Source: Orbicella franksi | Lineage: Eukaryota | Direction: 5' to 3' | Assembly (NCBI GenBank): GCA_964199315.1 | Contig: OZ116698.1 | Coordinates: 27,032,001-27,096,000 of the forward strand | DNA length: 64,000 nt | In this document: positions 1-12,946 of the stretch, one piece after another | How positions within the stretch are numbered: the first letter of the stretch is position 1 | Layout: every line of letters starts with the position of its first letter | Program-made: the position numbers and the translations under genes | The notes under the pieces: model-generated | What the model was told of the DNA's origin: nothing | The model's input: the letters and a program-made list of their open reading frames with translations, nothing else | The model's database searches: none

Positions 1-425
1 ACGCGTGATTTAAATATATAATTCGATATTATTTTAATGTATTTTATTTTCCATGAACACAAAAAAATATGTTCTTAATAATATTTCGGCCTTGCGTACA
101 TTATTAAATTTAAATTTCGATAATTTCAGCTTCAATATTCTTGCATAAAGAGATTCCCATAAAACAAAAAGAGTGTAACCACTAGCACATGTATCACGTG
201 CGCGTTGTGCTGTGAGCTCCTCACCACACTGACTTGTGTCTGGAGAAGCTCTTTCTCTTGTTACGGTGGCGTGAGGACACTCGATATCATAACATAACGT
301 GTGAAACCATACATCCACCGGGGAGCTTTCACAAAGTCAAGTCCGGCGGTACCTGGTATGCGCGGCGCGGGTAATACGTGGACGTTTGTGTAAAGCACGT
401 TTGAAAACACGTTTACTTTTCACTT

Positions 426-841
426 ATGATGCGGTGTGCTGCTCTAATTCTGGCACTGGGAGTCATCGTAGTCGTCTTGACGCCTTCAAACGCTTGGCGG
501 AGACGACGGAGAAGGCGCTGTCCGGTTAGGCACTGTACGGTTAGCAGTTGGACCTCATGGAGTTTGTGTACTCGATCGTGTGGCGGTGGATCAACCACAC
601 GTACGCGGAGAAAAACTGCCAGCGAGTCTTGTGGAGGAGGATGCCCCTACCATTTTAAGGAAACGAAGTTATGCAACACAAAATGCTGTCCTGTGGACTG
701 TGTTTATACGTGGAGCTTGTGGAGCAAGTGCACGGGATGTGGGACATCCACACAGTCGCGGTCACCGAATATCAAAAGACAAAGTTCTTGCAACGGACGA
801 GCATGCCCCGCAAAGCAAACGCGGTCTTGCAATACTGGGGT
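426..841 (+). CDS. Variable first-exon cassette V1: signal peptide + WRRRRRRR + 2 TSP1 repeats (intact)
   Basis: MMRCAALILALGVIVVVLTPSNA-WRRRRRRRC..., with WTSWSLC and WSLWSKC TSP1 motifs. Ends CNTG-GT|GTAAGT (donor 842-847). Unspliced read-through stops at TAA 843-845. Confidence 0.88.
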
Positions 842-3739
842 GTAAGTACAATAGATACTGTATTTGCAAGTGTTTATATTAGCATCTTAGAATGACTCGA
901 TGAAGTGAAGTGTTTATAAAATATTCTTTTATCAGATTATTTAGCCTGTCCCAGGCTCAGATTATTTTAAAAGCATCCCGGGGTGTACTGACAACTAGAA
1001 ACCCTTAATTTGCTTCCCGGCTGCAAGACGTATGCGTGATATTTCTGTATTTTGCTAATGCTTGTGGTTATTTTAAGTCCTCATCTTGCACGTGGCAAAA
1101 AGTGACCGGATTAATACTTTCGGGGCGAATTAAAGACTGGCTTTTAAGTTTATGTTATTTTTGACTCTTGGCGGGTGTCCTGGGACAACAGATTCGTACA
1201 TATGGTGTCTTAAATGGTACATTAGGAGAAAAAAAGAAAAAAATCCTGTCTTGATCAGGGATTAACTGCGGGGTCTTACTCTAATTACAATCCATCTCAT
1301 ATCGTATAAAAATTTGTTTCACTTCTTTTGTGTAAGAACTGTACTTATCTAATGACATCTGTTGATCTGCAACTAGATAGGAGTTTTCTGCAAACATCGC
1401 GAAATTCTTCCAACTTCCGATTTTGAATGCGGATTGCGTTTCTCAGTGTTTTTTGGTGCGTTGTTTTCATATAGAAACGACTGGAGGTTGTGCTAAAAGC
1501 AATAAACTTCCTGCACCTTGCGCTGCAGCAACGAAAAAAAAACAAAAAAACAAAAAAAAACGCAAACACAGAAAAAAAACATTGCCGAGGGTGACAAAAT
1601 TTAAGCGCGCCGGCTTAAAGACAAATCCTTGACAAGATAAATACAATAGAAAACCTTTGTTTGGATAATTCTAATGCCGACCTTTAACTTCAAGCCGCTT
1701 CATTACGTTAGGAGGACGGAGATGGGGTGCAATGTTTCTTGTTGCCGTTTGGCGAATTATAGTGGTGTTGCGTGACACCAAAATAGTTACTTCGATCCGA
1801 ATTACCTCTATATAGGAGACAAAAAAGCGCGCGACGATCGCGAAAGCAGGGCGAAACCATGTGGTGCTGACCGAAGGCTCGAGAAACTACATGAAATGAG
1901 ATGCGAGAAACATTTGGACCAAAAATGAGCACCATTAGTCGATAATCCACTGAGTGTTTTAACTGTCGACACAACTGTCGACACAGCTTAATGCTTTCTT
2001 GAGAAGGTATCACTGTTGCTAAATTAATATTGTCCAATATGAACGGTTTGACAGTCGGAAAAACATTTGGAACAAACTCTGAGTGTAACGAGATCGAGAT
2101 GAAGTGTTCAGGGTGTACTTCCAGTTTTACTTGGTAACTATGGAAACCTATTCTGTTTACATTGTAAACTTCAAAAGAGTCAAAATGAACAATAACTGTT
2201 CTGTGAACCATTACATAGTGGGCCTACTACCTTTATGCTCACTGGCAGAGAGCGTTGGCGCTTGCATCCAAAATGGATTGTCATATCTGCGGTGAAGTAA
2301 ATTTTTTGCCAAAGAAAATAAAGGTTCTTTAGGGGAGGCGGGGAAAGGGGTTACATGGTCTCCGGGAATGCTCACGGTGAACGCTCTAAACCGCGACAGA
2401 AATACGCTTCGGAGAGCACCGATATACAGTAATATATATTTTCATATGATGTTACGTATGCGTGCCACGCGATGTCATAAGCGACTACGGAAGAGTAATA
2501 GCTAAATTTAACCATGCGCTCAATGCGCCAAAGAAAAAGACACAAAGCAATTTAGTTCGAAATGATAAATTTTTGTGTTTAATGTATAACAAATTCGAAT
2601 CCTACTGCTTAAGTGTTCTTTGGTGTGAAAATGGGAAGGCCGAAGTGGCGTGGTGTTCAAGTAACAAGTTGAATGAACAATAGAGAGCTAGACAGCAGTA
2701 CTTCAGATATAATAGATGTATTTTGACAAGCAGACTTGTAATACGCCACACATACATTATACCTCTGCAAAAATAAAGAAGAAAAATCACAACTTCAGCA
2801 AAAAGCAACGTCAACAAAGCAGGTCATCTCAAAGACGCACGGACGAAATTCAATTGAGACTTCTCAATGTACAAAACAAAAGAAGTTTTTGCTTCTGTTA
2901 GCTACTTTGTAGCCAGGATGGCCACAAAATCAGAGAGATGGAAAGAAACTCAAATCTGGACCTCTTCTGATGCTTCTGTATTCCATGTAGAAAATTTATG
3001 CTTCGGGAAATTGCCCTGTTGCACGTTTTACAAGCATTTGCAAGAAATTTTAGACGGCCTTCGTCTTTGACGTATTTTAAAAAATACTTTTTTTCTGCCT
3101 TCCTACATAAACACAGCCAATCCTAATAATTTCCCATAAACTTCCATATACTCTGCAAATCAAACACAAGTTTCGCTGAAAATTGTAAGATCTGAAATAA
3201 CTGTGAAATGTGTTGCAGTAGTTCGGTTAGTTGGGAAACATTGCGAAAAACGGCAAGAGGACGCCTGGAAAAGGATAGGAACCACTTAAAACAAAATGTA
3301 GCGAGCCTCAGTGAATAGGACAAATTTAATAAAGGATGTGATAATGATTTCGAATTCGGAACGAAATCTTTTCCACGTATTTGTTGTCTTCAGTCATCTC
3401 TCGTCAGATCGCTATTTGTTGTAAATTTTAAGTTTCAGGATGTTTTGTTCCTAACCTTTTTGCATGATCTAATTTATAGTCTTATTCGTGATAGCAAAAT
3501 TTCGGTTCCTCTTTGATGCGTAAGATGCTATATGTTTTAAAATATTTTAAGTTGTTTTTGGTATAAATTTTCCACGCGACCAGATTACCATATTTGGTAT
3601 CCACGAGTAGCAAGCTAACCAAAAAGGAAAGAATGCAAAAAGCTGTGAAAGTCAGTGATGCTACCGTCATATAAGTCATTGAGATAAAATCTAATCTAAG
3701 CCGTAGTGTTCTATTGTGCGGTCACTCTCTCCAAGAACC

Positions 3740-4176
3740 ATGAGGAATCTTTTTTTAATAGCTTTTCTTTTGTGTGCCGTAACTGGTCTTTCCGTAGCGC
3801 GTAGAAATCAGGGAGGCGGTAGAAAAAGTTCTTGCACTCCGCAAAATTGTGTCGTCCATGAATGGACCACATTCAAAAAGTGTTCAAAGCCATGCGGTGG
3901 GGGATATTTAGTTCAACGGAGGAGAATAAAACAAAAACCAAGTTGTGGTGGTAAGGCTTGTCCGTATTACTACACTCCTAAACGTCGTCGACGTGTTTCA
4001 TGTAACACTCAATGCTGTCCTGTTCACTGCTTGCGGAAGTAGAATTCCTGGAGTCCGTGCCAGGGTTGCATTGTTTCCCAACAAACTAGAACGATGCGTA
4101 TTACACGAAAACCCAAGTGCCGCGGAACAGCGTGTCCGAAGACACGGGAGGAAACGCGAAGCTGTAATACTGGAAA
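3740..4176 (+). CDS. Variable cassette V2: signal peptide + 2 TSP1, with one in-frame TAG (4040-4042) at a conserved Trp
   Basis: MRNLFLIAFLLCAVTGLSVA... CCPVHCLRK*NSWSPCQGC...SCNTGK. The frame stays open after the TAG up to the phase-2 donor GTAAGT at 4177-4182. Confidence 0.75.
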
Positions 4177-5614
4177 GTAAGTTGTCAGGTTTTCCTTTAC
4201 TTATTTGCTTTCCTAAGAAGTTCCTTTGAGCAGGATCGATCCTCTATACTCTTATCTTCTTACTCTTCGATCGTAGTCAATTTTTAAGTGCCTGTTTGAT
4301 GACTTGCAAATTACACGGTAACAGTTCAAAGGGCTTTGCTTTTTTTATTCAGAAGCTTCTTTCGGCCACAGTTTGATTTCATCGATGAGAAATTGACGAT
4401 TGAAAGCAAGCAACTAACGAATACTATGTGTTTTGAAAGGAGCAACATTTTGTCGTCTTTAATTTATAAAGTAGAACTCGTCTATTCTTTCAAAGGTCTT
4501 CCCTAAACTCCAGAGTGAGTCTGTGGTCAGCGACATAATTTCCTCTTAATTCTCTCTCAACACAGGCTCTTCGTGTGAGCAGGGCGTAAAATCCCCTGTC
4601 GAGGGTCTGATCCAGGATCCCTGAGGTAAAGGCAGCGGACAAAAGCGAAACAATAAGGCGACCTAGAGACACTGAGGAGAAAAAGGTCACGTGTTGTCCC
4701 TTACGTCCCATCCCTAACACTTTCTTCGTTTTCCCGTTCACTTTCTATTTTCCATCCTCTTACTTTCTTTCATTTGTTAGTCCATTCGAGAACTGGAACA
4801 AGCCTCTGCCTGACATCTTGTGGTAAAGTTAAGAGGAACTCCGAGAATTTGACCTTTTCGCACGAAAATGACCATTGACTGCGTTCCTTCTGAGTGGTGA
4901 AACTTAACGAGAACTCAAGTATTCAGTTTCTCTTTCCCTTTGTTGTCCGTATTATTACATGATTATCCCTCTTTCCCGCTCGCTTGCGTTTCTACCATTG
5001 AGCAAACCTTTTATTCGTTTCTCGCTCAGCTAGACAGCCGGGCGCGCGCTTCTGCCCGCGTTTTGAGTAGAGTAAAAATAAACAACGATTGCATTTTGTG
5101 TAAATAGTGAAACTCACTACCAACTCCATTATTCATACCATAAGACTCTCTCGCTGTTTAAAATGCCTCAAAGGTGTTTCATTTCCAGCAAAACTTTCGA
5201 AAAACTTAATAAAAATAGCTATTTGATTGCGAAACTAATCATACATCTTGGGGGTAATGAATAAAATTAAGGCAATGTGCGAAAAAGCTTAAGTAAAAAA
5301 AGATACGCGTTAAGTGGGCACGATATTGTTGTACCATTTATTCAGTTTCAAATTCCAAATGTATTTGCCAAGATTAATGATTTTAAATACAATTGGACCA
5401 TACACTTGAGCGATTTCTGACTATATTTGGTGATCATACTGGTTAAGGACACACCATTAATCTACCTCCAAGTTACCGGGTGTCAAAACGAAACAGGAGA
5501 AGCAAATTGTGAAATGATGTTTCTAAACAGAGAAGTCTGGAACAAGTTAAAATCAATTTAATTTCCTTCGCGATTTGATAGGCTATTTTCCTCACCCGCA
5601 CGGGGGCAAATTCG

Positions 5615-5662
5615 TACTTGCTGAGGCATGTAAAAAGGAAAACCATTTAACGCATATAAAAG
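5615..5662 (+). promoter_or_regulatory. V3 promoter: GAGGCATGT element + TATA box
   Basis: GAGGCATGT at 5623-5631; TATAAAAG at 5655-5662, about 80 nt upstream of the ATG. Confidence 0.6.
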
Positions 5663-5735
5663 CGCCTGCTACTTTCTTCGGAGGTCACTAAGAATTTTTC
5701 CGCCTAGCGCTCTTCTTTGGTCATTTGTCGCAAGC

Positions 5736-6171
5736 ATGAACAACTTAGTTCTGGTCCTTCTGCTGATCTTTGCCGCTTTTGTAATGCCTGATTGTAATTC
5801 TTGGCGGCGAGGACGACGAAGACGACGCTGGTACAGCCTAGATTGTGTTCTTTACTACTGGACCGATTTTGGAAGCTGCTCCAAGACTTGCGGTTGGGGA
5901 TATAAGTCCTGGTTGAGGCATGTCCGATTTAACGCAAGTTATGGTGGTACACCGTGTCCGGCTGCCAGCAGCCCCCAACGAAACTGGACTTCTTCCTGTT
6001 ATGTTCGATGCTGTCCTGTTAACTGTTTGTGGTCTTGGAACTCGCAGAGCCCGTGCCAGGGTTGCGGCACATCGCAACAAACCCGAACGATGAGTATCAC
6101 CCAATTCGATGAATGAGGAGGATCATTGTGTCAGACTGGAAGGCATGAAACACAAAGCTGTAAACTGGAGT
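5736..6171 (+). pseudogene. Variable cassette V3, disrupted
   Basis: Signal peptide + WRRGRRRRR + TSP1 pair. Several Cys are lost, TGA replaces Cys at 6114-6116, and there is a 1-nt deletion near the end (tgtaa-actggag). Donor GTAAGT retained at 6172-6177. Confidence 0.8.
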
Positions 6172-7491
6172 GTAAGTTGCAAATTGTTTTTCTCTTACAT
6201 CCGCTTCTAAGACGTTTCATTGAGCAGTTTCGACCCTTTGTTTTACTGCTTTCCCATACTCGCGCGTCCGGGTTTCCTCCTTCACGTTTTTTGTGCGCGT
6301 TCTTCGCTTTCATTTGACAATCCAGAACGGAAACAACTGAGTAGTCATAAAAGGTTACCGGAGGGCGTTTACCACACAAACACACAAGCTATACGAGCAG
6401 CATTTAGATGGGGGTGCTAATAATTAACAAAATGACGTGAAGGAAGATAGCGAACAGTGAAGCCAAACTCTCTAAAATGCCCTGAGAGATGAATATAGTA
6501 CAAGCTTTAATTACAAACTGGTTGTTGATTTTGTTATTTTCTATAAATAGCGATTTAAAGGCTTCGTTTATCTGAGTCTCTCAATAGGAAACGAAATTTA
6601 ATTTGAAGGATCACACCAGAAAACAGCCGCTGTTTAGGGTTGCCAAATAATGATGAGTGAACTGACGTTCTGAGCGTTCTCCCATCGTCGTCGCAAATGA
6701 GGCGATTGCTAGTCACGTGTCTTTGCGGTCTTGCGCGTCAAGACAAGACAATTCAGAATTTTAGAATGTATCAGAAACATTGTTGTCAATCGAGTCATAT
6801 TTATTGCAAATCTCATGCAGTAGCGAAACGTTATAATTTATGTTAAGGAAGTAAAATCCGAATTTTTCTCGTCTAGTAAAATCGCGCATGGACAAAAATT
6901 TGTTACCACTTTTTACAAAGAGAGAATTTAAGCAAAAAAGAACAAAAAGATTGAGCCAGTGATTCTGACATTTCGTTCTTTTAAGCTCGTTCATAGACCC
7001 GCTTACACCTTGTCACAGCTTTGCTTATTTGCACAGTTTTGCTCTTCGTGTGACACAGTGGAGGATTCCAAGAATTTAACCCCGGAAGGACAGATTAGCA
7101 CTGGCTGAATTCCATCTGAAAAGCGAAACAGGTAGTTAACGAGACTTTTTGTTTGTAGAGGAACTTCCACGACTTCAAGCAATACCAAGTAAAATCACTT
7201 TAAAACTAGCCAACCTATTCGTGAAACTGGATATCACCAGTAAACGGAGAAAAGTAGCGCGATTACTAACGGAACGGGTCAGACGCGACGTGTGCAAGGA
7301 TATTGCTGTATGTTTATTCAGGACCAAATCCGCTCGTACTCGTAGCTTAATGATGAAAACGATGTCAGAAGTACATCGTGTCAGGTACAATTTCCCGTTA
7401 CAATACAAAATGACTTGCTGGAAAAAACAATCAATTTTTTCTGCTAGTCATGTTGGCGAATGTCAAGCCTGGAAAAATGATAAAAACAAAG

Positions 7492-7494
<3 letters not shown>

Positions 7495-7560
<66 letters not shown>
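7495..7560. repeat. (AT)33 microsatellite
   Basis: Uninterrupted AT dinucleotide run. Confidence 0.97.
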
Positions 7561-7564
<4 letters not shown>

Positions 7565-7665
7565 AAGAATGGATAACTGCAAAAAGCTGTGATACAATGT
7601 ACTTCCTTGAACAATGAGTCGGATATATAATGCTTTCCCAAAATAAAGCTCGCCTTTTATACCTT

Positions 7666-7719
7666 AGATTTGTTGAGGCATGTTTAACTGAACGGAACCT
7701 TTTATACCTGGTATAAAAG
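7666..7719 (+). promoter_or_regulatory. V4 promoter: AGATTTGTTGAGGCATGT + TATA box
   Basis: Motif ends at 7683; TATAAAAG at 7712-7719; ATG at 7795. Confidence 0.62.
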
Positions 7720-7794
7720 TTCCTGGTTCAGTCTTCAGAGGCAAATTAGACTATTCTGTCGAGCGCTCTACTTAAGTTTGACTTTGTTAAAAGC

Positions 7795-8252
7795 ATGAAG
7801 AACTTCTTTTTGGTCCTACTCTTGTCCTCTGCCGCTTTGTTTGCTCTGGTTGGGCTATCGGAGTCCATTTTCTGGAGGCATAGACTCCAAAGAATTCACT
7901 GCTTCAGACAAGATTGTGTTCTGTATGACTGGGCCGATTTCGGAAGCTGTTCCACGACTTGTGGTTGGGGATATAAGACTCAGCGTAAGGATATCAAAAC
8001 GAATCACACCTGCGGTGGAACACCATGTCCGTCTTACTACAGTTCTCAACGACAAAGGATTCGTTCATGTTACAGTGGGTGCTGTCGTGTTAACTGTTTG
8101 TGGACGTGGAACTCCTGGAGTCTGTGCCAGTGCGTGCCAGGTTACAGCATGCCGTATGGAACCAGAAGGATGCGTATTTCACGAAACGCAAGTTGTGGAG
8201 GAACGGCGTGTCCGAGTAGAAGAAGCGAAACGAGAGGCTGTTACTCTAAAGT
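7795..8252 (+). CDS. Variable cassette V4 (intact; identical coding sequence to V6 and V8)
   Basis: MKNFFLVLLLSSAALFALVGLSES-IFWRHRLQR... 2 TSP1 repeats, ending CYSK-GT|GTAAGT (donor 8253). Confidence 0.87.
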
Positions 8253-8489
8253 GTAAGTTACACCTTTTTTTGATTTATCAACGTTTTCAAGAAAGTTCTA
8301 CTGAGTATCAGTCACTCTTTCTTGAGGCCTGCCCCTCGTGCGGCTCATTTTGCTTCCGTTCGCGTTTCATCTCGTACGCTCCTCGCTTTGCGTTCTACGA
8401 TCCAAAATAGACCGAGCTCTCGTTTGCGAAAACACACAAGCTGGCTATGACAGCACCACTCTATCAGCTCGCAATTGTTCTGGGTAATA

Positions 8490-9700
8490 TGGAATAGATC
8501 AAAGGACCTAAAACATTCTCCAAATCAATTTCCTTCCAAATTATCTGAACGAATATTACGGAATCGCAAAATAAGAGGGGTTTAAATTATACACCTTTTG
8601 TTGCAGACTTGATGTTAACATTTCAAAATGTTAACTTACAGCAATTTGCTAACGCGCCTATCGTAATAGCTTTTTGAGCCAAATCGCGCGTTTTCGATTC
8701 TTTGCTTTCGTTCACACTCAGCATATGCCTTTTTATATATATGACAGGAAATTATATCTAGCTCGGACTGGAACAGAATGAAGCAGCGAAAGCTCTAGTT
8801 TTTTGACAACTAAAACTATCAATTTTATTCTTCTAAAGACCTTCATTCTTCCTCTGTGTTTTATTGCTTGAAAAGCAAATAAAAGTGTTTTCCTTGCCAT
8901 GATTTCACGACGATAACCCGATCCTTCGATATGCATACAGGTCTGTGTTCAAAGAAATCTATGTTTCTCTTTCATTTTATTTGGATTTCGGGTCTAAAAT
9001 ACGTCAAGTCAAAAACGGAGAAGGTAGAGAGTTCCAACCCTTTAGTGCAGGAGTAGTTGTCCGCTCTTGGTGAAATTTATTGTAACAATGACAAGGAATT
9101 ATTATCTTGCCTTGAAGGGCTAGGATAGGGAAAGGAAAAATTACAAAACAAAATTATTTAGGGGAATAGATCAATGCGCAAACAACACTCTCCAGGTCAA
9201 TTTCCTTCAAAATTCTCTAAACGAACATTACATAATCGGCAAAACAAAAGGGGTTTTATATTGTACACCTTTTAGTGCTGACCTGATGTTAACATTACAG
9301 TTGTTAACTTATAGCAATATGCTCCCGCGCCATGCCGTAATAGCTTTTCAAACAGTTCGTTCACAATTAGCATGTGCCTTTCTATAGAGATGGCAGGAAA
9401 TTATATCTAGCTCGGACTAGACCAGAATGAAGCGGCGGAGGCTCTTGTTTTGACAATAAAAAATATCAATTTTATTCTTGTAAAAATATGCATTAATTGT
9501 TTGCGATTACCCGATACTTCGTTATGCAAACAGTTCTGTGTTCAAAGAAATCCATGGCCTGACTTTAAGATTTCCGCATTTTGTTTCAAGAACTCTCATT
9601 TTTTTTCTTAGTCCACATGACATTTTTCCATTTTATTTTGATTTTGGGTCCAAAATTCGTCAAGTCAAAAACAGAGAAAGTAGAGAGTTTCAACCCTTTA
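8490..9700 (+). repeat. Two diverged direct copies of a ~550-bp spacer segment (about 8490-9050 and 9165-9700), repeated in each 4.7-kb unit
   Basis: Shared blocks aatagatcaa.., tgatgttaacatt, tatctagctcggact..agaatgaagc, tctgtgttcaaagaaatc, cgtcaagtcaaaaac..caacccttta. Confidence 0.75.
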
Positions 9701-9995
9701 AAAAATTCACTTAGGCAAAGAAAAGGAACGATTATCCTGGCCTCTCTTTATTTCCTGTTTTACATTCTACTGTTTTTACAAATAGAACAAGAACTGTCAT
9801 AAGTGGAATTAGCTCGTAAGCCTCACACAGACACATTACGGACCTATGTTTTCTTTTAGATCCGTTCTGGCAAGTTAAACGCGGGTATTTTTATTGGCTA
9901 TGTAAGTGCTCGGTATTGTCTGTAGGGGTCAGCTCGATCGAGTTTTTTTTTTTTTTAATCAAGCGCTGTACTTCAGTTTGGTATCTTTCATAAAT

Positions 9996-10522
9996 ATGAA
10001 GAAATCCTTTCTGGTCCTTCTCCTGGTCTCTGTCGCTTTGTTTGCCCTAGTTGGGCTTTCTGAGTTGTGGCTTCGAGGAAGACGTAGCGGGCGAAGCGGA
10101 CAAGGCAGATGAGACGGACGAGGCAGACGAGGCGGTCGCGGAGGGCACGGAGGACGAGGGAGATACAGAAGATCTTGCGGCCCAATGCAAGACTGTGTTC
10201 TTTATGACTGGACCACATACGGAAGCTGTTGCAAGACTTGCGGTAGTGGATATGTGACACAGCGAAGGAATATCAGAACGTATCCAAGGTGCCATGGCAG
10301 ACCGTGCCCGTACTCTAGCAGCCCTCGGCGATATAGGACTATTTCATGCAACGCTTAATGCTGTCCTGTTAACTGTTTTTGGATGTGGAATTCCTGAATT
10401 CTGTGTCAGGGTTGTGATGTTTCCCAACAAACAAGATCGACGAGTATTACACGAAACCCAATTTGTGGAGGGACGGCCTGTCCCAGTAAACGGAGCGAAA
10501 CGCGAGGCTGCAATACTGGAAT
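9996..10522 (+). pseudogene. Variable cassette V5: Gly/Arg-rich type with three in-frame stops
   Basis: Colinear with intact V9 but has TGA in the RG tract (10110-10112), TAA at CNA*CCP and TGA at NS*. No frameshift. Donor GTAAGT at 10523. Confidence 0.85.
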
Positions 10523-12366
10523 GTAAGTCAGCTTGTTTTCATGTTAGGTTTCACGTCACCCGCTCTTCAATTCCAATTCCAATTCCAAACACTTCAATTC
10601 CGCTCGCACGCGCGAGTGATTCAAAGTCGTCCCTCAGCAATTTGTTCTTGGATCCAAGCTTGTGAGGAAACTAAGCCCAAGACAGTGACGGAACATGATT
10701 GAAAGGGTCTAAAGAGAAGAGGGCTGGGGAGGAAAAGAATGGTCACGTGTTTTCCGGCATTTACTCTCTCCAGTACTTCTCAATTCCGGCTCATTTTCAT
10801 CTCACCACTTTGTCTTTTCTTCGTTCTCTATTTAATCTGACAGTTTGAATCACACTTCTGGATGACCAGTAGAAGAGTTAAGAGGATTCCATAAATTTAA
10901 CTCCGAAAGGACAGATTACCACTGCAGGGTTTGAAATAACGGCCCTTCAACGGGCAATATCCGGTCAAAAGAAGGTTTTGTCCGGTCAAATCGTTGATCG
11001 TTTATTTTTACACTTCAAAGGTAAATTTGATTCAGAGCTACGTCTAAATTAAGTTGTACATTATCTGCATATGTAAAAGAAAAACATAAAAGAAGCAAAC
11101 AAAAGATACGACCAGACCACCTTTGTCTAGAGTAAAATCTCCGGCAGTTGCAAGTTTTCGCTTTGTCATCCATCAGTCATGACCTCAAATTCGCCGGTCT
11201 TCCAGTGTAGCATGTCTATCGGTGTGTATGCTAATACAGTCGAACTTCCACTAACGACCACCTCTTTACAACCGCCACTCTCCGCTTTGGAGACGTTCGA
11301 CTTTAATCCTTATTGTCCGCGTGGAATTTACCGCTAACTAACTTTGCGACCTGATGTGGAAAGCGAAACAGATGCTTCTTAAAGTGACTAGTCCAGGGAC
11401 TGGTACAAAGGTCTGGGCTACTGTCTAATATAAATTCAAACCAAACGTTTATCTTAAAACTTAAGGCCTTTATATTAAGGTGAAATTAAAAATAACAACT
11501 AAGTTTGCTTGTTAATTCCTGCGTGAATCAATAAGCTCGAATAAAAATTGAATAATAGACGCGATTGTGGGAAGCAAAAGTGTAATTATATCGTTTTTAT
11601 TGAACATTGTGGTTGTGCCGGGTATTCCACTTTTTTTTCACTGAACATCAGTTACTTCTGCAATAAAAGCTCACTAAATGTACTTGCTCGATATGTAAGC
11701 ATCATGCTGAGAGGGGAGAAGCACTTTTTACAGAGTTATCATGATGTAATGCATATTTGTCCAGCCAAAATCGTTTCTTGTCCGAGCAAAAATAGATTTG
11801 ACCGGGCACCAGCCGAGAAATTATTTCAAGCCCTGATCTGAATAGCGAAACACGTAGTCAATGAGACGTTTTTTTTCTAAGGGGCACCTCTATGACTACA
11901 AGCAACACAAAGCAAAATCATTTTAAACTACCCAACCTATTCGTGAAAAGAAAAATACTAAAATAAATAAAAAAATTAATAGTGAATAAAAATTAGGGCA
12001 ATCAGTGACAGAAGTCAAATCTTGATGCATGTTTATTCTGGAACAAAATCCGCACGTACTTCAGCTTAAGAATACGGTGTCACAAGCATAACGGGTTAGG
12101 TACAAATTTCCACCTGTTTTAAAGTTGCAGTGCAAAATGACTATAGGTTTAAAAAATCAAAGTTCATAAATTTTCTGCTAGTCATGTTACCGTAGGCCAA
12201 GCTTGGAAAAATGATTCAAATCAAAGAAAATAAAAATCTTGCAAAGCCTTTGATATATCAGCACGAAGGATGAGTCAGGCTGGAAAAAATCCGTGATAAC
12301 ATGTCCCTGAGTATTAAATCAGATATAATACGCTTTCCGAAAATAAAGCTTGTCGTTTTACATCTC

Positions 12367-12414
12367 AGATTTGCTGGTGCGCGTTTAACCAGGGTAATAC
12401 ATTGGGTATAAAAG
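12367..12414 (+). promoter_or_regulatory. V6 promoter (same at V8, 17061-17108): variant element + TATA box
   Basis: AGATTTGCTGGTGCGCGT, then TATAAAAG at 12407-12414. Confidence 0.55.
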
Positions 12415-12488
12415 TTCCTGGTTCAGTCTTCAGAGGCAAATTAGACTTTTTCGTCCAGCGCTGTACTTCAGTTTGGCTTGTCATAAGC

Positions 12489-12946
12489 ATGAAGAACTTC
12501 TTTTTGGTCCTACTCTTGTCCTCTGCCGCTTTGTTTGCTCTGGTTGGGCTATCGGAGTCCATTTTCTGGAGGCATAGACTCCAAAGAATTCACTGCTTCA
12601 GACAAGATTGTGTTCTGTATGACTGGGCCGATTTCGGAAGCTGTTCCACGACTTGTGGTTGGGGATATAAGACTCAGCGTAAGGATATCAAAACGAATCA
12701 CACCTGCGGTGGAACACCATGTCCGTCTTACTACAGTTCTCAACGACAAAGGATTCGTTCATGTTACAGTGGGTGCTGTCGTGTTAACTGTTTGTGGACG
12801 TGGAACTCCTGGAGTCTGTGCCAGTGCGTGCCAGGTTACAGCATGCCGTATGGAACCAGAAGGATGCGTATTTCACGAAACGCAAGTTGTGGAGGAACGG
12901 CGTGTCCGAGTAGAAGAAGCGAAACGAGAGGCTGTTACTCTAAAGT
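12489..12946 (+). CDS. Variable cassette V6 (intact copy of V4)
   Basis: Same protein as V4, offset +4694 bp. Donor GTAAGT at 12947. Confidence 0.85.

Noticed and set aside
1708-2211. 167-aa minus-strand ORF, with a faint CEKH (THAP-like) string on the plus strand
   Set aside because: No recognisable domain, splice context or supporting motifs.
7149-7641. ORFs containing IYIYIYIY runs
   Set aside because: Read-through of the (AT)33 microsatellite; no other coding signal.
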